The position numbers and the translations under genes are program-made. 32,000 nucleotides of DNA. It comes from Candidatus Omnitrophota bacterium (GTDB lineage Bacteria > Omnitrophota > Gorgyraeia > Zapsychrales > JANLHA01). Of this stretch, positions 25,662-32,000 are shown one piece after another (positions within the stretch are counted from its first letter, which is position 1; each line of letters begins with the position of its first letter). Below the pieces are notes generated by a model. The model was given only the letters and a program-made list of their open reading frames with translations. It did no database searches and had not been told where the DNA came from. The stretch covers positions 1,950,001 through 1,982,000 of the forward strand of contig OY759724.1 of the NCBI GenBank assembly GCA_963662715.1, written 5' to 3'.

Positions 25662-26502
25662 AAAGAGGAAAAATACTTTTGTCCTGGTGATTCCGAGTTT
25701 TGAGGACTTTTTTCATTCATTTTATGCCGGTGAGATTATTAAAGGCGTCAGTTTCGCGGCAAGCCGCTTGAAGATAGATATCCTCATTCATATCACGAAC
25801 CGTTACGATCATCGCGGCTGGCTGGATTCAACCCTTTTAGACCGGAATTACATCGACGGGATTATTTTTGCGGATATCGATAATGATGTGCATATTGTCA
25901 AAAAATCCATTTGCCGCGGCATCCCGACTTTTGTTTTGAATAATTCCCTTAAGGAGCCGATCAACTGCATTTCAGTTGACAACTATAAGGCTTCTTTTGA
26001 CATCGTGACCTATCTTCTGGAACTCGGGCATACAAAGATCGCCACTATCGCCGGGGACCTGACGACACAGGCGGGAGAAAAGCGGTTGGAGGGCTATGAA
26101 AAAGCTTTGGCCGCCGCCGAACTTCCTGCCCTGAAATCCTATGTGACCCAGGGGGATTTCTTGCGCACGTCGGCACGGGTGGCGGCGAAAAAGCTGCTTA
26201 AACTCAAGGACCGTCCGACGGCGATTTTCGCCGCTTCTGATGTGATGGCGTTGGAAGTGATTGATGTCGCCAGGCAGTTGGATCTGCGTGTCCCTGAGGA
26301 TATCTCGGTCGTCGGGTTTGATAATAATCCCCTGGCCGCCACCGGTTCTGTCCCTTTAACCACAGTATCTCAGCCGCTGGTCGAAATGGGGCGGTTGGGA
26401 ACCGAACAATTGCAGCTTGTCCGTTGCGGAAAAGCTCAGTTGCCTGTCAAAATGACTTTGCCGACAAGACTCATTAAGAGGAAATCATCGGCCAGGCCTT
26501 AA
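25651..26502 (+). CDS. LacI/PurR-family periplasmic-binding-fold ligand-binding domain protein lacking the N-terminal HTH
   Basis: 283 aa from ATG 25651 (MKSKKRKNTFVLVIPS...). It is collinear with the LacI/PurR core (YIDGIIF, GIPTFVLN, VDNYKASFDIVTYLLELGHTKIATIAG, RLEGYEKAL, QGDF, PTAIFAASDVMALEVI, RVPEDISVVGFDN, LTTVSQP). The upstream part of the track ORF (from 25477) is just the alternate frame of the sigma gene. Confidence 0.85.
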   Translation: MKSKKRKNTFVLVIPSFEDFFHSFYAGEIIKGVSFAASRLKIDILIHITNRYDHRGWLDSTLLDRNYIDGIIFADIDNDVHIVKKSICRGIPTFVLNNSLKEPINCISVDNYKASFDIVTYLLELGHTKIATIAGDLTTQAGEKRLEGYEKALAAAELPALKSYVTQGDFLRTSARVAAKKLLKLKDRPTAIFAASDVMALEVIDVARQLDLRVPEDISVVGFDNNPLAATGSVPLTTVSQPLVEMGRLGTEQLQLVRCGKAQLPVKMTLPTRLIKRKSSARP

Positions 26503-26559
26503 AAAACGCAGGCCCTGAAAAATAATTGTTTTAAGCATCTCAACGCAAGGAAACGGATT

Positions 26560-27093
26560 ATGAAAAAGCACGTGAGTTCAAAAAAGCTGGGCACCCTGAT
26601 CCGGGATGTCCCTGATTTCCCTAAGAAAGGGATTATTTTTAAAGACATTACGACATTGCTGCAGGATGCGAAAGCTTTTAAAAAGGCTGTTAATGTTTTA
26701 GCGAAAGTGTATAAGAAAGAGAAAATTGATACGGTTGTGGCGATTGAATCCCGCGGTTTTATTTTTGGCTCTGTTTTAGCGTATAAACTTGGGGCCGGAT
26801 TTGTTCCGGTGCGTAAAAAGGGGAAATTGCCGTATGAAACAAAGAAAATCACCTATTCTTTGGAATACGGGACAGATACGTTGGAAATGCATATTGACGG
26901 GGTCGCTAAGAATGCCCGAGTATTGATTGTAGATGATCTTTTGGCAACAGGGGGGACGGTTCAGGCTGTTGTCAAACTTGTTAAGGGATGTAAAGCAAAG
27001 ATTGTCGGGGTTGCCTTTTTAGTTGAACTGGAATTCCTGAAAGGCCGTAAGAAACTGAAAGGGTTACCGCTTTATTCGGTTATAAAATATTAA
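26560..27093 (+). CDS. apt: Adenine phosphoribosyltransferase
   Basis: 177 aa. It has the PRPP-binding motif VLIVDDLLATGGT and the typical DFPKKGIIFKDIT N-terminus. Confidence 0.92.
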   Translation: MKKHVSSKKLGTLIRDVPDFPKKGIIFKDITTLLQDAKAFKKAVNVLAKVYKKEKIDTVVAIESRGFIFGSVLAYKLGAGFVPVRKKGKLPYETKKITYSLEYGTDTLEMHIDGVAKNARVLIVDDLLATGGTVQAVVKLVKGCKAKIVGVAFLVELEFLKGRKKLKGLPLYSVIKY

Positions 27094-27214
27094 TAAGAAG
27101 GGGGGGCTCCGAGAGGCTGTTCTTCTCCCCGGGAGTCTTTCTGGCATTTGATTTTTTAATTTCTCTCCCAAGAGCGCATGTTCCTGTTTGTGTGAATCCG
27201 CATGGGCTGTCTTT

Positions 27215-29029
27215 ATGTTTCAGACCTTCGATAAAAAGAAAGTTCTTATCACCAGCTTAATTGTCTGTTGTGTCTTTTTTGTGCTCAGCCCGGTTCTCAG
27301 GAATGATTTTGTTAATTATGATGATAATGTCCATCTGCTCAACAATCCTTTTCTCCGGCCTTTAAATTCAGAAAATTTAAAACGGCTGTTTTCCACGACG
27401 GTCAATAAAACGTATATCCCGTTAACTTTATTATCTTTCTCCGTGGAATATGCGTTATGGGGTGCGGACCCTTTTGTCTATCACCTTAACAATCTTCTTT
27501 TCCACTGTGTGAACGTGGCTTTGGTGGTCAGTTTGGCCTGGCTTCTGGGGTTGTCCTGGCAGGTGGGGTGTTTGGCGGCATTGATTTTCGGCCTGCATCC
27601 CATGCATGTCGAGTCTGTGGCCTGGGTCACGGAAAGAAAAGATGTTCTGTATTCTTTTTTCTACCTGATCGCCGTTCACTGTTATGTTTTTCACTTGTTC
27701 CGGGTTTTCGCGCTTCAGAAAAACGCCTCCGCATGCTGTTCATCTCCAGGGAAGGGCGTGTCCCGGATCTCTCTAAAAGGAAAAGGCTGGCTGTGGGGCA
27801 CAATCGTTTTCGGCGTTTTAAGCGCCTTTTCCAAACCGATGGCTTTAAGTTTGCCGTTTATCTTGCTGTTGATTGACTGGTATTTGAAAAGGCCCATAAA
27901 TGTTTACGTCCTGTTTGAGAAATTTCTATGCGGATTTTTTCTGTTTCCTGTTATATGGATCAGTTATTCTCTGCATATGCGTGCGGGGGAGATGTCTTTT
28001 CCCCAATCCGTTCTTATCTGGTTGTGGTGCTTTGCTTTTCATCTGAGAAAATTTTTCTTCCCGGATTCTTTTGCCGTGTTTTATGCCCCTCCGTGGCCTG
28101 TCGTCTTCTGGAATCGTGATGTGCTGCTGGCCTTGGGCATCGTGATTCTCGTCATCTGCGCCTTGATCCGCTTTCGGAGACAGCGTTTATTGCTGCTGGC
28201 GTTTTTTTGGTATTTCCTTTCGACATTTTTTCTTTACAGGTTTGACTACGGGGCGGATTCCCACGTTGTGGCAGACCGTTTTATGTATCTGCCGAGTTTG
28301 GGGTTTTGTTATGCGGCGGCGCTTTTTATGGCCCGCTTTGTATGTGAATATAATAAGAAACGGAGTGAGCTGGCGGTTGCTTTTGTGTTGATTGTGGCGG
28401 TCTTCTTGTTCCTGTCCACTCAGGCGCGCAAACAGCTTTTTGTGTGGAGCAACAGTGAGCGGCTTTGGCGCCATCAGATTTCCTGGCAGTGGCAAGGGCA
28501 GCCCGGCTTGGTCCAGGCTGTGATCCTCACAAATTATGCTGATGCGGTTCTTCATCAGATGGGGGTGCGGAACCTTTTTCGGCCGTATTCTGACCGGGGG
28601 ATCTCCGCCCTTAATAAAAGGCATGGCATCTCTTGTCATGACAGACGGCAGATAACGCAGGCTGTTTATCTCTATCAGAAGGCCCTGGAAATTCGTCCTC
28701 AATACGCCAGCGCTTCTTTCGGTTTGGCCAGGCTTTACGATCTTCTGGGGCAGGGCCGGGAAGCCGAGAGACATTACGGGCAGGCTGTTCATGCCGATCC
28801 CGCGCATTTCGACGCGTATTATTATCTTGGCCGTATTTTATTAAAGGAGAAAAGGGTTGAGGAAAGTGTCCGGGGTTTCCGGGCTGCGATTGAGGTTAAT
28901 CCCGGAAACTTGCTTTTATTGGAACAGGTTATAAAGGAATACCGGGCGGCATTGGCTTCTTCTCCTCACCCCGAATTGATTGAAGAAGAACTGTCCCGTT
29001 TGATATCCCGGAGCCGAAAGACAAGATAG
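27215..29029 (+). CDS. TMTC/PMT-like GT-C fold membrane glycosyltransferase with C-terminal TPR repeats
   Basis: About 11 hydrophobic helices, with an acidic first-loop motif (VNYDDNVHLLNNP) typical of GT-C enzymes. The C-terminal ~130 aa are TPR-like (AVYLYQKALEIRPQYASASFGLARLYDLLGQGREAERHYGQAVHADP...). I use ATG 27215, not TTG 27188. Confidence 0.8.
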   Translation: MFQTFDKKKVLITSLIVCCVFFVLSPVLRNDFVNYDDNVHLLNNPFLRPLNSENLKRLFSTTVNKTYIPLTLLSFSVEYALWGADPFVYHLNNLLFHCVNVALVVSLAWLLGLSWQVGCLAALIFGLHPMHVESVAWVTERKDVLYSFFYLIAVHCYVFHLFRVFALQKNASACCSSPGKGVSRISLKGKGWLWGTIVFGVLSAFSKPMALSLPFILLLIDWYLKRPINVYVLFEKFLCGFFLFPVIWISYSLHMRAGEMSFPQSVLIWLWCFAFHLRKFFFPDSFAVFYAPPWPVVFWNRDVLLALGIVILVICALIRFRRQRLLLLAFFWYFLSTFFLYRFDYGADSHVVADRFMYLPSLGFCYAAALFMARFVCEYNKKRSELAVAFVLIVAVFLFLSTQARKQLFVWSNSERLWRHQISWQWQGQPGLVQAVILTNYADAVLHQMGVRNLFRPYSDRGISALNKRHGISCHDRRQITQAVYLYQKALEIRPQYASASFGLARLYDLLGQGREAERHYGQAVHADPAHFDAYYYLGRILLKEKRVEESVRGFRAAIEVNPGNLLLLEQVIKEYRAALASSPHPELIEEELSRLISRSRKTR

Positions 29030-29076
29030 CCCGGAGAATTTCTCGGGGCGTTTAAGGGGAAGAACAGGAAATCTCA

Positions 29077-29105
29077 TTGACATGCGGTTTGATTAATGTT
29101 TAAAT
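29077..29105 (+). promoter_or_regulatory. Candidate sigma-70 promoter for tRNA-Arg
   Basis: TTGACA (29077-29082), a 17-nt spacer, then TTAAAT (29100-29105). It ends about 50 nt upstream of the tRNA. Confidence 0.45.
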
Positions 29106-29156
29106 GGAGCACGAAAACACACATCCTTTTCAGACACCTTGTTGAAAATTATTTTT

Positions 29157-29230
29157 GCGCCTGTAGCTCAGATGGATAGAGCGCGGCTCTCCTAAGGCCG
29201 GCGTGGGTGGTTCGAGTCCACCCAGGCGCA
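29157..29230 (+). tRNA. tRNA-Arg (anticodon CCT)
   Basis: Cloverleaf folded by hand. The acceptor pairs GCGCCTG with CAGGCGC, the D arm GCTC with GAGC, and the anticodon stem CGGCT with GGCCG. The anticodon loop is CTCCTAA and the variable loop is 5 nt. The T arm pairs GGTGG with CCACC around loop TTCGAGT. The discriminator is A. CCA is not encoded. Confidence 0.93.
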
Positions 29231-29294
29231 TATTTTTTTGTGAAAAATACGTGAAATTTTTTTAACAACGACCGATAAAAAAATCTCGAAAATC

Positions 29295-29323
29295 ATTGAC
29301 TCTGTTATATCTATGTGTGACAA
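29295..29323 (+). promoter_or_regulatory. Candidate promoter for the OMP gene
   Basis: TTGACT (29295-29300), a 17-nt spacer ending in TGT, then GACAAT (29318-29323). It implies a leader of about 175 nt. Confidence 0.4.
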
Positions 29324-29503
29324 TAGTCATCATTTATTTTTTTAACCCAGTGATGATTCCAATCTGACAAAGAAAGGAGGGGATGCAGCTATTTACGTCA
29401 GGAGTCATCGAACCCTGGTCTAATGAAGCCATTAGCTAGACCATAATATATCTAGTTTATTATATAATTGTCAGCTTGCTGACAATCAGGAGGAGAGGTA
29501 AAT

Positions 29504-30889
29504 ATGAAAAAATTAGGTTTATCATTACTCGCTGTTGCTTTAATGGCCATGCCGGCTTCTGCCAGCGTGCAGAATATTAAACTCAGCGGGGATGTGGACT
29601 CAACTTGGTTGGTCCGGGACCAGTTTGATCTCGGAGCCCAAGGATCTGTTACAAATGATAAGCAATTCTATCAGAATCTTTTGCTTACACAAACCCGTCT
29701 CAGAGTGGATGCCGACTTAACGGACAACGTCAGCGCCACCATCGCTATGATTAATGAGCGGGCTTGGGGGACAGATGATGAAACAGCGAACGGGAACAAC
29801 GACATTGATATCAACCTGGCTTACGTAACATTAAGGGAAATGCTGTATTCTCCTTTAACCGTTATTATCGGTCGCCAGAACTTTGCTTACGGGAACTCCT
29901 TTGTCGTTGATTCCGCCGGAACTAACAATGAAGTTTCTGTCGGCGGATTGAAGGGCGTTGCCGAAGACCTTACAAAACGTACGGCTTTGGACGCCGTCAG
30001 AATGGTGTTCGATTACAGCCCGCTGACCATTGACATCGTGGCCGCAAAGTACGACGCCAATACTTTAGTCGGTGTTGGCAGCCAGGATGACGACATTGAC
30101 ATCTTCGGGATCAACGCGAACTGGGAATTAGGCGATGACTTGGGTACGGTCCTGGAAGGTTATTTCTGGAGCAAAATTGACCAGAGCGTTAAGGATGACG
30201 CTATCGGGAATAAGGCGGACACCGTTTACATGCCTGGTATCCGTATGGAAACCAATCTTCTGGACGGCCTTTGGCTTTCCGGAGAACTGGCTTTTCAGTT
30301 CGGTATCAAGTCCTACGGGGTTCAGGATATCGTTGCTGAACGCGAGGCTGCGGGCGCTCAGATCATTGCAAATTATATGGTTCCTTTTGAAAGCACAAAG
30401 GCTTGGAGCCCGGTCCTGACAACAGCGTATAGCTATTACTCCGGGGACAGTGATCCATCTGACCTCACCGATGTCTATGAGGCCTGGGATCCGGTCCTGG
30501 AAAATCAGGGTGGCGGAAAGATTTTCAACACCCTTTTTAATGCCACTAACTGTCACGTTGTAAAGGTTCGCGGAGCTATTGTTCCTATGGAAGATCTGAC
30601 TGCGGCTTTTGAGTGGAACGGCTTGTGGTTAGATAAACCGTTAGCCGATACAGACGGAGACGGCCTGACATCTCTGACGTTGATGCAGCCGGATGACAAT
30701 GACATCTCTGTATCAACAGATACGGATAAACATATCGGGGATGACCTTTCTCTCGAGTTGGTCTATGACTATACTGAAGATGTCAAGATCGGCGCGAGCT
30801 ATGGATGGTTTTTCCCGGGAACAATGTTCACGTCTGACAATGATCAAGTGGCTTCCCAGTTAATGCTCAATGCGATTGTTAATTTCTAA
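29504..30889 (+). CDS. Outer-membrane beta-barrel, porin-like protein
   Basis: Signal peptide MKKLGLSLLAVALMAMPASA|SV. The body is rich in alternating hydrophobic and aromatic beta-strand patterns and in D/N/G loops. The C-terminus NAIVNF ends in Phe. A very strong SD AGGAGGAGAGG lies at 29488-29498, and a strong terminator follows. Confidence 0.8.
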   Translation: MKKLGLSLLAVALMAMPASASVQNIKLSGDVDSTWLVRDQFDLGAQGSVTNDKQFYQNLLLTQTRLRVDADLTDNVSATIAMINERAWGTDDETANGNNDIDINLAYVTLREMLYSPLTVIIGRQNFAYGNSFVVDSAGTNNEVSVGGLKGVAEDLTKRTALDAVRMVFDYSPLTIDIVAAKYDANTLVGVGSQDDDIDIFGINANWELGDDLGTVLEGYFWSKIDQSVKDDAIGNKADTVYMPGIRMETNLLDGLWLSGELAFQFGIKSYGVQDIVAEREAAGAQIIANYMVPFESTKAWSPVLTTAYSYYSGDSDPSDLTDVYEAWDPVLENQGGGKIFNTLFNATNCHVVKVRGAIVPMEDLTAAFEWNGLWLDKPLADTDGDGLTSLTLMQPDDNDISVSTDTDKHIGDDLSLELVYDYTEDVKIGASYGWFFPGTMFTSDNDQVASQLMLNAIVNF

Positions 30890-30920
30890 TTAACAATATA
30901 CATTGTTGTTGTTGATGTAC

Positions 30921-30953
30921 AAGCCCCTGCTTAATTTAAGCAGGGGCTTTTTT
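30921..30953 (+). terminator. Rho-independent terminator of the OMP gene
   Basis: AAGCCCCTGCTTA and TAAGCAGGGGCTT form a 12-13 bp palindromic stem running into a T6 tract (30948-30953). Confidence 0.85.
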
Positions 30954-31262
30954 GTCTGTGTCGTTGGGGCCGGGGAGAAATGTCGGAGGTGAACGGTGGC
31001 TTGGGAGATGTCGGGCAGCCACGGGGTGCGGCGTTCGGCAGGAGCTGTTATCGACCGGACGGGAGCAGAAAGACGTGAATTAGTCGGGGAAGATCATCCG
31101 TCCCCTCATGGATTATAAGTCCCGACGAGAATTTTTTCGCGACAGTGTTAAAAAAAACAAAATTATATTTTAAAAAGATTATTTATTTGTTATTATAAAA
31201 ATAAATATCTAAAAATTAAACGTTTTATCGAGTTCTAAATCATTAAAATAGAGGAAGTTAAA

Positions 31263-31838
31263 ATGACCAGAGATGAAATTTATGACCATCTGGCTCAGGT
31301 ATACATAGGGAAAAAGAGTAAAAACGATAAGGAAAAGAAAAAACAGCTCAGCGCCTGGCTTGTTATTAACATTGTTATTACTGTTGTTATTTTTGCGAGC
31401 GCTTTTTATGGCTTTACGGCCTTTTTAACTCACCGGGGAGAATCTTTCGAAAACAAGGTGATCTATTCCCTGAATAAAGGTCCGTTGCGTGTTAATTATG
31501 ATCTGACATACCCATATCCTCCGGTCAAGACCTTTTCCTTAACAACCCCACATGTTAATGCCGGTAAGTACCAGAAATTGCAATTTGCCATCAGAGGATT
31601 GGAGGACGGATATCCCGGAATTGTCCGCATAGAAATCAAGAATGCCCGGAATGAAATATCTTCTGTCTTTGTCGACGGGGTCAACCTGGGGTGGAAACGT
31701 TTTGAAATCCCTTTTGCCGAGTTTGATAAAATTACCGATTGGACCAGTATTACCGAGGTGTCTTTTATCCTGGAATCGTGGAATACTGATAAACAAAAAG
31801 GAATTATCCTTATAGACGAAATTTGCTTTTCCAGCTAA
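31263..31838 (+). CDS. Membrane-anchored protein of unknown function (possible beta-sandwich/CBM-like ectodomain)
   Basis: 191 aa. It has a K-rich cytoplasmic N-terminus, a TM helix (WLVINIVITVVIFASAFYGFTAF) and a ~120-aa beta-rich domain ending GIILIDEICFSS. SD GAGGAAG lies upstream of ATG 31263. Confidence 0.7.
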   Translation: MTRDEIYDHLAQVYIGKKSKNDKEKKKQLSAWLVINIVITVVIFASAFYGFTAFLTHRGESFENKVIYSLNKGPLRVNYDLTYPYPPVKTFSLTTPHVNAGKYQKLQFAIRGLEDGYPGIVRIEIKNARNEISSVFVDGVNLGWKRFEIPFAEFDKITDWTSITEVSFILESWNTDKQKGIILIDEICFSS

Positions 31839-31856
31839 AAAGGAGGCTAATGTAAA

Positions 31857-32000
31857 ATGAGAATCATATCCATTGCGAATCAAAAAGGAGGATGTGGGAA
31901 AACCACGACGGCGATTAACCTCTCCTCGGCGCTGAGTCATAATAATAAAAGAACATTGTTGATTGACTTGGATCCGCAATCGCATGCGTCCCTGGGGTTG
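31857..32000 (+). CDS. ParA/MinD-family P-loop ATPase, 5' end only
   Basis: My own translation: [48 protein letters not shown]. It has the deviant Walker A KGGxGKT. SD AAGGAGG lies 10 nt upstream. The ORF is open to the window end. Confidence 0.85.
   Translation, partial: MRIISIANQKGGCGKTTTAINLSSALSHNNKRTLLIDLDPQSHASLGL

Noticed and set aside
27094-27214. A G/C-rich segment after apt (GAAGGGGGGGCTCCGAGAGG...CTTCTCCCCGGGAG) as a possible terminator
   Set aside because: The two arms are mirror-like rather than complementary, and I could not draw a stable hairpin. The T-run at about 27165-27170 is not adjacent to any stem.
29383-29439. 18-codon upstream ORF (MQLFTSGVIEPWSNEAIS) in the OMP leader, preceded by AAAGGAGGGG
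   Set aside because: The SD core ends only 2 nt before the ATG, which is too close for efficient initiation. The GGAGG may instead be part of the RNA structure. This remains untestable without conservation or ribosome profiling data.
31040-31075. Resemblance of CCGGACGGGAGCAG to the SRP RNA domain IV core, and of GTTATCGA-CCGGACGGGAGC to the glmS ribozyme core
   Set aside because: The tetraloop would be GGAC, which is not GNRA. The flanking strands are not complementary as SRP helix 8 or glmS P2 would require. The downstream gene is not glmS.
30980-31078. 32-codon ORF (MSEVNGGLGDVGQPRGAAFGRSCYRPDGSRKT) inside the GC-rich island
   Set aside because: It has a Gly/Arg-rich composition and an SD-like GGGGAG only 2 nt from the ATG. 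There is no other support.
29157-31262. A tRNA-adjacent genomic island or prophage integration site
   Set aside because: There is no integrase, no direct repeat of the tRNA 3' end and no phage or mobile genes downstream. The tRNA is followed by an ordinary OMP gene.

Overview
This 32-kb window is bacterial and moderately AT-rich. It probably comes from an anaerobic diderm: it carries a beta-barrel OMP, an NfnAB-like oxidoreductase and PPDK. All family calls were made by reading motifs in the supplied or self-made translations. No database search was run.

I support 28 CDS, two of them cut by the window edges, plus one tRNA-Arg(CCT) and several promoter and terminator candidates. I saw no rRNA, CRISPR array, transposase, integrase or long repeat.

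Gene order:
- Two tandem membrane-fused spermidine-synthase-like genes (-)
- Na/Pi cotransporter with PhoU domains (+)
- A stand-alone Hel308/Ski2-type helicase (-)
- An unbroken + strand array from 6773 to the window end: dtd, TatD-family hydrolase, a 776-aa membrane-anchored coiled-coil protein, a CMD-family protein, a three-gene unknown envelope cluster, TPR-fused site-2 protease, an unknown membrane protein, PilZ, PolX, NfnA/NfnB-like pair, panB, a zinc-ribbon membrane protein, glyQS, ppdK, an RpoS-like sigma factor, an HTH-less LacI-type sensor domain, apt, a TMTC-like GT-C glycosyltransferase with TPRs, tRNA-Arg, a porin-like OMP, a membrane-anchored unknown protein, and the 5' end of a ParA-like ATPase.

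Most of the window is housekeeping. I found no convincing defence island or mobile element. The best leads are:
1. A sigma factor whose stop overlaps the start of a LacI-family ligand-binding domain with no DNA-binding domain, preceded by a leader with mutually exclusive helices and a CCUCC anti-SD.
2. A tightly packed run of TPR-S2P protease, unknown membrane protein, PilZ and PolX.
3. An archaeal/eukaryotic-type Hel308 helicase.
4. A 52-aa lipoprotein ORF missing from the ORF track, ATGA-coupled inside an unknown envelope cluster.
5. A GC-rich ORF-free island of about 180 nt after the OMP terminator.

Several starts in the ORF track are upstream TTG/GTG extensions. I moved these to the first in-frame ATG.
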